Assembly: GCA_000320545.1 (NCBI GenBank)
Contig: ADNK01000245.1
Location: 1-64,000 of the forward strand
DNA from: Bigelowiella natans CCMP2755
Lineage: Eukaryota; Protista; Cercozoa
Reading direction: 5' to 3'
DNA length: 64,000 bases
A program made the position numbers and the translations under genes. Positions 1-12,549 of this stretch are shown in pieces (within the stretch, counting starts at the first letter, position 1; each line of letters begins with the position of its first letter). The notes beneath the pieces were generated by a model. That model did no database searches. It was given only the letters and a program-made list of their open reading frames with translations, and was not told where the DNA came from.

Positions 1-121
1 CCCCCCCCCCCGCCCCCTTCCATCTTGCAAAACCAGGATTTCGTCGGGAAACCAACTTGGGCAGGGAGAGTGGTGGTGAACTCAGAGGTCTACCACGTTT
101 GACGATGCATGTGCTTGGTAG

Positions 122-1072
122 GTGATATGCCCTCTATATGCTGCCTTACCTGCACACCAGCAGCTGGAAGCCTTCAAAGCGGCTGATCGAGGCTGTCGGA
201 AGGTGTGCAATGGTGTATTATCGTATTAATAAGGGCCTCAACTGGACCACACTCACACATGGACAGAGGGGGGGGGGGGCAGAGAGGGAGAGAGGGGGAG
301 AGGGGGGGGGGGGGAGAAAGAGAGGTGACATGGCGCATTGTATGAAGCAACATGATACCGCTGCCAAGCACGGCGATTGATGAACGAATACATGTTAATA
401 GATGCTTACATATGTGTGGTATGTGTGTAGGTGGTGCTAGCTACCAACATCGCAGAGACTTCCGTGACCATTCATGGAATCGTCTACGTGATTGATGCTG
501 GAGTTGTCAAGGTAGGCGGAGGAGCTCTAGTGGAGAGTGTCTTTCTGTAAGCTATCACACCATGGTGATGGTGATGATGATGGTGATGATGATGGTGATG
601 ATGATGGTGATGATGATGAGGACGATCATGATAGTAGTACACACTCAGTCGTCGCTTGTCGGAAGAATCGTGCCCTGCTACTCATGTGCTGATAATACCT
701 TTGTTTCAATGGAAAAAGGTACGGCAAAATCACCCGAAAACAGGCATCGAAAGCTTGGTTGTTGTTCCGATCTCCAAGGTGCTCAAGATACTTCTGCCGT
801 TTGTCTGTCATCTTGCTGCTGCCGTCGTCGTCGTTGTTGTTGTTGTTGTAGAATATCATTTTTCCAATCTTGATTCTTGCTGCGGTGCTTCCCCCATGCA
901 TTTGTTAGGCCGAAGCTTGGCAGCGGAGTGGGAGAGCAGGGCGCGTCCAACCGGGTAGGGCACTTAGCAAATACGAACTTGCAGCTGGCAGTTGGGAGCC
1001 CAGACGACTCATTCATCATCGACTTTTTCTCGCATGACACGGACGCTGCTGCTACTGTACTGATATTCATAT

Positions 1073-1121
<49 letters not shown>

Positions 1122-1330
1122 CATAAAATGCATTATTGCGGTAGACCAGCCCCCCTGTTGATTATCATCTCTCCAATCCAACAAAGGCACCTGCTATCGA
1201 TTATTCATGGAAGCCACTTTTAAGGACCTAAGGGAAACGAGAGTGCCTGAGGTAGTAGTAGTAGTAGTAGTAGCAGCAGCAGCAGTAGTTCAATCTGTCT
1301 AGACTCTGTTTGCCTCCTGTTAAATGCAAT

Positions 1331-1366
<36 letters not shown>

Positions 1367-2100
1367 ATAGCAGCAGTATCTAGTGCCTGATTGCTGACCT
1401 AGGAGGAACAAAATGATAACAACAAATGGAGACTACTACATTACCACCACCATACGTGGTCATCGCTGCTACTCCTATCATCATGTTTATCTTTGCATAC
1501 TGGCTGACGATCCTCTCCTCCTCCACCTCCTCCTCCTCCTCCTCCTCTTCTCACCCTGACAACCCGCTCTCCTGGCGGGTTTCTTTTCCCCTCCTTTATC
1601 TGATTGTGACGATGAAGGTGCTACGCACAAGCCTAGCCAGTGTGGTGTTACAGCTTAAGGTAGTATACACGCATCTTTTATCCAATCATTCATTCATACA
1701 TACAGTACCAAAATGCCACCGTCATCATCACCATGGTCCACCATCGTCGTTCTTCATCGCCCCTCCGCTCCGTCCCCTCTCTTGCTTGCATGTATGGGCA
1801 TTAGGCGCTAAGAGTCGATGACGTCGGAAACTTTGATTTTATGAGCAAGCCCCCTCGAGCAGCGATTATGAGGTGGGGGGGGGGGTAGATACAGCAAACC
1901 ACGTGTGATGATGGGTGCACATGATGCGGGCCAACAGGCAGAAGAGGGTGTCAATCAACCATGGCCAGCACCGGCGAGGGAAGCGTCAATGGGCGCCACT
2001 TAGCAGACGCAGGGCTTTGTAGCTGGCCAATACCTCATCGATATTTTCCAACATGTCAATAGCAACAACTGAATATATATATATATATATATATAATATA

Positions 2101-2137
<37 letters not shown>

Positions 2138-2361
2138 TATATATGTGTTAGGGCTTTAGAGGAACTAGTCGCTCTTGGAGCGATAAATCGTAAGGGCAAG
2201 CTCTCAGAGCCCCTTGGTAGGTGGTTTTTTGATAAGATGCAAAAGAGTGAATTGAAGGGCTTGACGATTGGGATGAGGAGAAGGAGGAGGAGGAGATATG
2301 AAAGGGGACGAAAGGAATAATGTGTCTCATGGAGCACGTAGTTTATGCCATCCTAAATATT

Positions 2362-2396
<35 letters not shown>

Positions 2397-2680
2397 TTGT
2401 GCTTGTACAACAACTATCAGGGCGGAAGATGGCTGAGATGCCATTAGCTCCAAAGTTCTCCAGGGTGTGTGTGTGTGTGTGTGTGTTGTAGACGTAGTAG
2501 CCGTCCTCATCGGCGCTTCCCTTGTTATTATAGATATACAATACTACTGGGGGGGGGGGGGGATTAGAGCGCTACTGGGTTTTTATGTGTTTACGTACCC
2601 ACAAATAGCTGCAATCGTAGTCGCAGCAGTTTTTAAGGCAAGTTCCAACTGACTGCATGTGGCCAATGGGCGTGTCTCGC

Positions 2681-2714
<34 letters not shown>

Positions 2715-2802
2715 TACCAGATCATAGCTGCTTGTTTGTTTTTTGTACGACTCTTTTCAATATTTCTCGTTCCTCATCCTACTCTCTCTGTTTGCGTGTA
2801 CG

Positions 2803-2838
<36 letters not shown>

Positions 2839-2971
2839 CATTGTTACTGTACGCAAGGCTCTTCTGTCCAGCGAAAAGTTTGACTGTGTTAATGAGGTAG
2901 TGGTGGTGGTGGTGGTGGTGGGGTTTGATGCATAGTGCGTGAGGTTTGTTTACAAATCGCCGTGATGAGAA

Positions 2972-3011
<40 letters not shown>

Positions 3012-3432
3012 GTAGAAAATTAGCAAGAAGAATTCACCCCAAAAACGCATTAGGTGCTAACAATCGTGTCGCTCCTCTCGTCCGACGCAGGTATGCTGCA
3101 GGATTATTATTTTTATCTCACTTATGATATGTGCGAAGGAATGCATAACAACAAGCCTTGTACCCCTAACCCTAAACGGTCATCTTGAATTGTTGTCATC
3201 TGCACAGGTGGACTGTTCATTACTCCGCGCACAAAACGTGTCGAGGTGAGAAGGGGAGAAGCAGGGGGGAGGAGGGGCTGTCGGGGGGTAAGCAACAACG
3301 AGAGGGGTTGGAGGGAAACGATGATGTATTATCGTTGGCCTCTTGCTTGCTCAAACTACTCTGTGCGAACAAACACAATAGAAGTCATTGTACTCTTCTT
3401 GCTCAAAGAAATGAACCGAATCGCAGCTCTTT

Positions 3433-3463
<31 letters not shown>

Positions 3464-5156
3464 CACAAGCACGCAAACCTCACTGGGCTAAAGCGCATGG
3501 TCTTCCTCAAACACTACGTGCGAGCACGACATTGAAGTGGCTGATATCATCGTCAACCCGCTATTATTATTTTGCGTTGTCGTTGATTTATCCATTCAAT
3601 CATTCGATTACACCACATTTTCACGCAGGCTGCAGCTGCTAGAAGGCAATTCGCAGCTCCCGAGGGAGATCTAATCACCTACTTGAACGTAGTACCTCCG
3701 CTCCTCAGAAGCGAATAGAAAGTGGAGAGAGAGAGAGAGAGAGAGGGGGGGGACGGAATATTGCTGCTTCCCCTTTTGAGATGGTCGTTTTCTTTCGTAT
3801 TTTCTGTCGTGTTGCAGTCGAAAATCATCGTTCTAAAAACAAAGGTGCTGCTGATGATGACTGACCATATAGACTGAATGGTTTTGACCACCTTCTCTCT
3901 CTCGACATTATCATCCCTACCCCATTCTCCACCCCATCCCTCTCCTCCCCCAATCATGTGCGGGGATGTAGGTATTCCAGGAGTACAAGAGTGCGGGACA
4001 ATCAAAGAATTGGTAGGGGAAGAGGGGGGGGGGGGGAGAAGAGAGATGAGGAAAAAATGGAGGGAAAGAACGTAGAATCGAGTCCAAATCAAACTTGAAG
4101 TAAAAGATAAAATACACACCTCATCGCCATTATTTGGCACCATATACACCACCACTAACTTTCTCGACGACACCGCCGTATGAAATAGGTGTACAAAGCA
4201 CTACATCAATGGTCGCTCGCTACGGCATGCTGTGAAGGCACGTTCCAACCTCTTATAGCTCGACTCTACGCGAATTAAGCTATAACAAGATATTCTACTT
4301 CTAATTTCGTTCTCGCCACCATCCCTCCCCTTGGTTTTGTAGGTCCGTCAACAACTTCGTCGACTCCTCTCAAGGATGAAGGTGGAGCTTGCGCTTAGCG
4401 TGATTTATTCCTTGCCGCTGCATGCATCTCGTTGGAAACTGTTTGAGTCATTTCTTTACGAATATGTGCGCCCCCCTCCCTTTACTCCTCACGGCCAGGT
4501 CAACATAAGCTGCTGTCGAAGCGAAGAAGATAGGTCGGATATCATCAAAGCGCTGCTGTGCGGTAATAAATTTGTCCGCACTGCCCCACACCGTGATTTT
4601 CCCAACAGCAGCTGCTTCTAAGAAGGACTACTTTGTTATAACTCCAAACAGGATTCTTTCTCAACACGGCCCGAAAGCAGTCGAATGGAGCCTACAGAGC
4701 GATGCAAAGCGGGCAAGAGGTATTGGTTATTGTTTCCCAAAGACGTGTTGATTATGTTGTCCTTGTTATTGTTCTTTTTTGGGGAAACCTAGGATAGATT
4801 ACACGAATACAATGATGACATCGGAAATTTATCTTCGTGTCTATCTTCTTTGTACTCTGCAGGTTCGCATCCACCCCTCATCCATATTATGCTCCGCCAA
4901 ACCAGAGAGCATTATGTTTACTGAGCTTATCGTGACTTCACAAAAGTAATGCAATCACTTAATCAACTTTTTGGTATTTGATTCTTGCGAGGACGAGCAA
5001 TGAAAACGTTCTTGATTTTTCGCCTTCCCATTCTACCTAATTTTTATATGCGACCTATGCACCCCCAGATATCTGAGAGAAGTCTCTGCAATCGAGACCC
5101 GGTGGCTAGCCGAAGTAGTCCCGAATTATTTCTCAAAGCAGCTCATAAATAATTAG
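122..5156 (+). CDS. DHX33: DEAH-box RNA helicase, DHX33/Dhr2-like; many exons, 5' part lies outside the window
   Basis: Manually spliced exons give PLYAALP, VVLATNIAETSVTI..VIDAG (432-511), AWQRSGRAGR, GTCYRLF, RTSLASVVLQLK, GRKMAEMPLAPKFSR, EGDLITYLN, VRIHPSS and YLREVSAIETRWL; stop TAG at 5154-5156. The subfamily is inferred from the AWQRxGRAGR and LASVVLQL motifs. Confidence 0.85.
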
Positions 5157-5850
5157 CATGATTAGCATTATACAGGATTGTGGACTGCAAACGTCTGTGT
5201 TGCTTTAGAAACAATTTCATGTCAGAGGCATATAATAAATTGCAGCCTTGCTCATTGCTTTAGTACAGTATGCCAAAAGGCACAGACCCTATGCTACGTA
5301 GACTAGCATGTATTTGGATATGCATTTTGAAAAGGCCTACGTTTCTCTAATGTTGTACATGGGATTAAGAGCGCTGCTCGGGTGCTATAAATTTGGGTAT
5401 ACAGCAGATACAATGTGCAGCTTATGTCTGTCTTATTTGGCGGAGATTTTCGGCTGTTGCTGCAATCAGAAAGCAAGGCATTGCTTCGAAGGGATGCTAT
5501 GGCTTAAGCACTTGTAATTTATGTGGGTGCGCGGAACAATGTACGTTCCTACGCAGCACTGCATATATAATCTGCAACATTACCATGCCTAGCTACACGC
5601 GCAAATATACAAAGTGCTAGCACTCATCAAGGGCACATTCTGCATGTCACTGTGCCTAGTTTGTGTGGACCAAAGCAAGCGATTTACCTCAGTATTATAT
5701 CTCTAAAACGTTACATCAACGCACATACGTGGCACGATTTGCTGCTGCAACAAATATATACTGAGGAGCGGGGGCTCCTCACTATAGACCTAGCTAGCAT
5801 CTAGCTAAGGAACATCTAACAAGCATGCAAAGTACTAAACATTTGTAGCT

Positions 5851-7236
5851 TTAATTCGTTATATTCCTAGGCCGCAACGATGTGACGCATAATTTTGAGT
5901 TTAAGCTCTGTAGCGGTTTTCGTCTTCTTTGCCGTTTCACCGAACAGTATGCCGTACAAGAATCTTGAAGTCCACGTTTTTCACATCCTGCACATGGAAA
6001 TCGCTGACCATTAGCTCCCATTTTGCACCTTACTTTCATTCTATGGCAGGTCTCGCAGGCGGTTTCAGTGCGTGTGAACCTTCTCTTAAGTATTCTTGGA
6101 GATAACGCGGGAACATCAGCACCATAAGCACTACCACTATTCAGTTTCAATACTTGGTTTTCATAGGAAGCCTTTTCATTTCCATGTGATGCAAGTTGGA
6201 GGAGAATTCCAGCTGGAATCAAGAATTCCCTCTTAGCATCTCGTTCGAACTTGTATGTCCCCGCTCTAATCGATCGATGTTTGATGAAATTCGATATTTT
6301 ATGATGTGAGAGTGACTTGCCTCCTCCCTGTTTCGATATATGACTTGATTTAGAAGAAGCTTCATCTATATTTTCAGATTTCAAGCTCCGCTTTAGTAAT
6401 AAGTGCTGGGCAGCTCGAACCCTACCAGCTTCATAGGATTCTCTAAAAATCTTTTTAGGATTCGTAATAATTGCCTCTCGCTCGGGCAAAAGATTCATAG
6501 TTCTGTTCGAAGAAAATTGGAACTTACAACGCAAATCTTTCGATACGCGTCTTGGTGATAATTGCTGGATAGCCTGCACTTCTTCAGCCTCATAAGCCTC
6601 TTTGAAGCTATTTAGTATATGGCTGATCGACGGTCCTTGATACTCACTAGAGACCCCCACAATAAACACTAATACGCGTCCATTGACCCACGCACTTTGA
6701 TGATAGTACTGAATTCCTTGTCCATTCGAGACCAAGTTGATTGTTTTTGATGGGAAGCAGATGGTGAGAATTCTTTTACAATGCTCAATAATATTTTTCC
6801 TTGGAGCTTCGCAATTTGGAGCTCTGAAGAAAGTCAACATCTTACCTTGCTCGGTTCCGACAAAGCAGAACTGTATCAATGATTTTAAACCACGGTTCTT
6901 TGCCAAAAAATAATTTTCGTGTAACTCGTCAGTTGAAGATGACTTACTACTTTGCCACAATCTAATGAAAGTGCGGAAGCATTCTCTTCGATGCTTGTGA
7001 ATAGAACGAGAACTCGTCTTTTGCAAAGACTTACCACATCCCAACGGGCAATGCCATACAGGCTTACTACTTTTCGCAAAGTCCTTATCTTTAACCCTTG
7101 ATGCGTTCATCTTATTTTCTCTGACTTTTTCTTCCTTCCAGGAAGTGCCCAATGCTTCCCAATTTGTGACGTCAGACTTGGAGTGGAACGTCCTTGGGAA
7201 AGAGAGTTGAGGAACCATGGATTTCTGTGTTACCAT
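5851..7236 (-). CDS. Intronless putative transcription factor: N-terminal C2HC-like knuckle, longin-like central domain, C-terminal Zn(II)2Cys6 cluster
   Basis: Long single ORF, first ATG at 7236. Contains ACETCHRMKVRC..PCAGCEKRGLQDSC (GAL4-type six-Cys pattern) and CPLGCGKSLQKTSSRSIHKHRREC. The central IQFCFVG..CKRIL..YYH..LVFIVGVSSEY..HILNSFKEAY segment resembles a longin fold. Confidence 0.8.
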   Translation of the reverse strand: MVTQKSMVPQLSFPRTFHSKSDVTNWEALGTSWKEEKVRENKMNASRVKDKDFAKSSKPVWHCPLGCGKSLQKTSSRSIHKHRRECFRTFIRLWQSSKSSSTDELHENYFLAKNRGLKSLIQFCFVGTEQGKMLTFFRAPNCEAPRKNIIEHCKRILTICFPSKTINLVSNGQGIQYYHQSAWVNGRVLVFIVGVSSEYQGPSISHILNSFKEAYEAEEVQAIQQLSPRRVSKDLRCKFQFSSNRTMNLLPEREAIITNPKKIFRESYEAGRVRAAQHLLLKRSLKSENIDEASSKSSHISKQGGGKSLSHHKISNFIKHRSIRAGTYKFERDAKREFLIPAGILLQLASHGNEKASYENQVLKLNSGSAYGADVPALSPRILKRRFTRTETACETCHRMKVRCKMGANGQRFPCAGCEKRGLQDSCTAYCSVKRQRRRKPLQSLNSKLCVTSLRPRNITN

Positions 7237-8634
7237 GTTTCTTATTGGTGCTAGTAACTTTACTGGCAAATTGGCTCTTGTCCTCCCGATGTTGCTTATG
7301 ATGGTAATCTGACGATAAGGCCGAGGATGATCGGTTCGGTGTCAGTGCCGTTTGAGAAGTGCTTCTTCGGGAGGAAGAAAGACCGGAACGCAAACGCAAT
7401 GGAATGTCGTCGCGGGGTGTTTAGCCTCGCGACATGACGAACAGTTTGTCGTCATTTGAAAATCTACGGAAGAAGTTCCAGAACTTTCTCGTCGGAGGAA
7501 GAGGCTTTGAACTCTCTTAGAATAAGAATTGCGGGAAGGCACTAAAAAAAATACAGAGATGATACCACCACACAGCGACAATTGGAAACTGAACGTTTCA
7601 ATTGAAAATACAGGGCATATGTACAATTTTCGCGGAGAAAACGTCTGGTTTCTAGCTTCCGGCGTCACTGCGGGTGCCGCTCGAGGAAGAAGGTGTCAGC
7701 GTCGGCAGCTTGCACGCTTGCACGCTTGCACTTTGAGCGAGGCGTCGCGCAAGGACAAAAATGCTACACATGCATGAAGTGAGGTCCTGCAACCAAAACA
7801 AGGTTGACTCAGAAATTTGTTTGCCTGAGCAGTCACACCAACAAGGACGTTTTTCTCACATTTTTTCTCGCTTGCTTGTTTCGCTAGTTCGCCAGTGCCC
7901 TGCCTGCGCTGTGACAGTTGTGCGACTGCAGATGCACCGCTACAGAATCAGCAGGTGCTCAAATAATTTTGAAAATGTGAATGGTGTTTGTTAGCTACTA
8001 GCAGATGGCGGCGGTAACAACGCTAGAACGGTCGAACAAGCGCGCGATGTGGCTGTCATCTGCGTGCGTCGTGCCGCCAGCACGACCTTTGAATCCCAAT
8101 TATGCAATGTATATGTCTTGGTTGAGGGCACTGCTTGCACAATTAAACATCAGCAAAGACATTGGAAATACAACTCATTCATTGTGGTCATGCACGGATC
8201 GGAATATCGGAATGCACATGCAAGAGGCATTCTGCACATCTAGACATGTGAGCCGTGGCAATGATGGCCAACCTCCCAACGCTAGAACGGCCAACTCACA
8301 CACATGGCTTTGTCGGGTCTCATTCACACTAGGCAACAGCACTCTATAGTCAAAGTACTGCACGGTATCATGTGCCATGCATGCCTGCAGATTGCCTTCT
8401 GCTGCAAAAATTACGTCACTTTCATTCTGCTACATTTGCTCGTGTGCGCATGGTGCGCTTGCAACATGATGGCCTTGTCATGCACATGTGATATGGAATT
8501 GCACCACAACACGATGAGTTGTTACTTGAGATTTTTAGCGCATGATTATCATGACCTGGACCGGCAAAATGTCCCATTTCATCGTAAAATACGCAAAAAG
8601 TGTATTGGCAATGATGTCAAAAATCATGCTTAAA

Positions 8635-9955
8635 TTATTTTGATTTTATTGCGTATCCCGAACGTTGTTCAAAACCCCTGATCGCATTGAGAATGACAGT
8701 CCGATTAAGGTTGCTAGAATCGTTTAACTTCTTCCACCAGCAGAACACATCATATATAGATAAATAGTGAACCCCCCTAGTAAGTAGGAGCCCCCGCCAA
8801 GTACAATCTTGAACAACAAATACATCCGTCACCTACAACACAATTCATATAAAGAGGGAGAGCTTACCAGCATCCAGTATTTCATGTAGTATCCCCCCAT
8901 GATAAAATCCAAATATTTGGCAATTGACATAGATGAAGATGAAGATGACGGCTGGGGCGTCTGGCAAAGAGTAACAAAGTTTATTTGATGTTCAAAAGTA
9001 ATCATGATCCTATTTGACCTGCATATTTGGCATCTGAGTATACTTCCTTCCTTGCTGGCTCATGTCCTTGGAATAGTAGGTGCGTGGATCAGATGTAAAC
9101 GAAAGTTAAAACCCCAGACGAGCGTTATCAAGGCATTTTTATATGTCCTACTAGAATTTATATGGTGGTTTCCAGACGATAATGTGCAGGGGGAAAAAAT
9201 GTACACAATTGAGAACTTTTCTATATGAAGCTACCATGCTTTCATCAACTGCCGGAATGTTCGAAGTGAATGGTTTGGGAGGGGTTTCTCCATCGGATAG
9301 GTCGAGATTGGGGTCACCATTCGAAGCCGATATTGTCATATCCTCGCCATCGTTCTTCATGCAAGCAAGATTATGAATTAGTTTTTTAAAAAACGCATCT
9401 GAAAACAGAGAAAAAAGCATCCATCGAGTCAGACACCTCAGTGGGCCCATCATGGTCTTTCTTTGTCATGAAGCTGTGATCCGTCCTTGTGAATTTTGTC
9501 GTTGTATTTCGAAACCCCACAACTAAGTCATTTAATTTACGTTTGAGGACAGACTCAACAATAATATTGAAGTTTCCCTCACCTTCATGTTGCTGCAAGA
9601 CTTGCTTCACAGAAGAAATGTCTGGAAACCACGTATCCCAGGTCGCCGAAAACGAAATTAGAATAACACGTCCGGCGATTTAAACATGCTATTCATTTTA
9701 GTACTAATATTTACGGCACTTGTACCTGTGTCATGACGACGGCCATTGCACTTAGAAATAGATAGCAAAAGTAACAATGCTAGTGTCAAAGCTTGAGGGA
9801 AGGCTCTGTACTTGTTTCCCAATCTGAGCATGCTTCCTGCTAATTTACCTGATCGTAAGTTTCCAAGAAATCAAAAGTCGGATGTCATTGATGATATGCT
9901 GCACACATTATGCTCCTGTGACTTCCTGCCCCCCACCCCGTGTTTCCCATACCTC
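8635..9955 (-). CDS. Hypothetical multi-exon protein
   Basis: Several short minus-strand ORFs with protein-like composition, separated by short GT..AG gaps. No family recognised; boundaries approximate. Confidence 0.4.
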
Positions 9956-10266
9956 CATCTAAAAACCCTGTGCAGAAGAATTCAAACTTCGATTCAAATT
10001 CGGATTCGAAGAAGTGTGTTATTATCACATGCGACAAACTCAAAAAAGAGTCACAGGGTGATAATCCTCTAAGTTTGTTCTCGACGGTACAATCCTAATA
10101 ATCACGGGGCGATTTTGTTGTGCGACAATAAATGTCAGTTGAATTCAGTACTCAATAAAACGGCGGTAGGTATCTCGGATCAGGTCCTTGTTCGAGACCC
10201 CCTTCGCCAGCCAGCCAACCAGCCCGAACGAATCCAAGCCGAGGAGGGAGAACGCAAAGATTCGGG

Positions 10267-11807
10267 ATGGCGGCCTTTTCATCAGGCCTGAAGCGATTCT
10301 GGGCCATGTCGCGTGGCCCTCTCGGCATTCTTGTGCAAGTTGTTGGACTTAACCATCTCCTTACGAAGTACGGGGGCGATGTCACTCAAATCATTGGGCC
10401 TTCTATGCTCCCCACGATCAATAGATCTGGCGATCTAGTCCTCTACGAGACCAGTAGCGTAAGAAGGTGACTACTATCCTCAATTTCTTATCTATAATTA
10501 AGACACGCTTGACAGAGGCCTGAGTGAGCATTTATGCTGCTTCTTCTTTTTCTTCATCGTCACCCCCTTTATCAGGGATAAACTAAAGAAAGGAAACATA
10601 GTTATATTGAGGTCGCCAAGAGACCCAGATCAGGTTATTTTGATGATCCACTACTGCATTACACGCCTTCTTTGTAAAGATACCCACCATCTTATTTCGA
10701 GCGATTTGTAAAGGTGTTATGCAAGCGAATTATAGCCATGGAGGGGGAGGAAGTGGAGCTGGAGTCGCGGTATTCGCCAGGACACTATAAAAAGCAATTC
10801 GTCCCGAAAGTAAGAGCATTAATTGATTTTGTCGTTGTAGTCTGAGCTGTCTAATCCTTAAACACACTTGATTCCCCACATTATTGACAACTCTCCTCTC
10901 GTTCTTACGGACCTCCTGCAGTTAAAACAAAGATTTCACCAATGAAAACCGAAATTATTTTAAATGGAAAGGGTTTGATAAAAATCCAATGCATGTATCA
11001 TAATGCTTGCTCAAGCTCTGAATAATATTCGCATTGTTCGGATACACAGGGGCACGTCTGGATTCAGGGAGATAATCTATCAAATTCCTCGGATTCACGA
11101 ACATATGGCTCAGTGCCGCGAGCGCTGATTATTGGGCGAGCATTCGCAAGAATATTTCCTCTCTCACAGGTCTTATTTCGGCATAATCATCTTGCACTAA
11201 AAAATGCATCATGGAGTGAAACATGAAATAGTGGGTAAACGATTTCATCGAGATTTCCACCGTAGTAAAGATAAGATTCTGTTGCACTTTCCACGATTGT
11301 TTGTTGTTTCCTTAGGCAAAGTGGCTTGATGATACTCTTGAGTTCGCGCACACTCCCACCTTCAGGGAGGCGAAGGAGGCAGCTAGATTGAGGGCAGAGG
11401 AAAGGCATCGTAAGCAACTTAAGCGCGTGGAAGAACAGACCTCGTCTATTATCTCGTCACCTCCTCCTCCTCCTCTGACAGAAAATACAGTAGTTGAAGA
11501 TATCCCGATGCAAAGACGCACGCTGCCAGGGGTTACAATAATCCGGCAACAGACCAAGGACTCCATGAGCACAGTACAAGACGATATTGTTGCTGCTACG
11601 ACGACTCGCAACGGCGATGATGGCGCTTCCCGCAAGATAGAGTTCGCCAGTGGTAGCGACAGTGGTGCGACGAGTTGTTTCGCTGAATTAACGGTTGATG
11701 AATACTCGATGACACTTCTTAGCGGCTATTTTGGCCTTGGCGCATCGAGATTCCCACCGGCATATGAATGTCTAAATGCCGCTGAAAAAAAGAGCTCGTC
11801 CATATAG
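10267..11807 (+). CDS. IMP1: Mitochondrial inner membrane peptidase subunit 1 (peptidase S26) with C-terminal extension
   Basis: Spliced exons give GPSMLPT (catalytic Ser), [12 protein letters not shown] (catalytic Lys) and [23 protein letters not shown]. Confidence 0.9.
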
Positions 11808-12549
11808 AAAAGGGAATACAGCAACTATCTCTAAGTCGACTGCTGTGATGCGTGTTTTAGTCTCATTGAACGTGCCACGCATAAAACTCGTACGAATGGC
11901 GGAGCATGGCATCATCATCATCATCCGATTATTCATTATTATGTATTAATATGCGTGATTAAATTGTTTAACATTAGTGAACGAATGAACGCATTGTTAG
12001 CCACTCGCTACCCTTTTGGCGCGCGTGCGTAACTACTGCAGCAGAAAAGCATACCATGTATATAGCTACACACTCATTGCACAGCTACATAAGGATGACC
12101 ACTGACCAAATTTAATTGATTAATTACGTCCGTCTTACACATCTAGACATATTAAGCAATTTCTGTCGTATATGTCGCTTGCGATGCGCTGATGTTAACA
12201 AATGCGTGAACGCAGCAGCTAAACACGCGCGCCACCAGTGTCCGCAATGAAGCTGTTGAACGTTGTGAATGTATGTTTACGTGGCATCGCTATATGTCTG
12301 CATCAAATATATACACTATGCTATACGTGCCTAAGAAGTCTGCCGTGTGCATTTTAAGCATATCTAGCTTGCCAGCGCTGTCTGTACACACTCGCAAGGC
12401 ACGTGTAGTTATTATAAGAAGATGCTACACTGCGCAATGTACACGTATGTTCTACAAAAAGAGACTGTATAGCATACACAAGTTTACATGTGCTGCGTCT
12501 CAATCGATAGCGGTTGTTGCGCGCCCTTCCGCGCACAATCTATCCAGGA

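Noticed and set aside
562-4173. ORFs with poly-YI, HT, ER, V or M runs (also 35440-36900 and 58000-62300)
   Set aside because: They are translations of intronic microsatellites.
2560-5390. Similar ~22-nt strings ggattagagcgctactgggt (about 2561) and ggattaagagcgctgctcgggt (about 5362)
   Set aside because: Too short and imperfect to call a repeat family or RNA motif without a genome-wide search.
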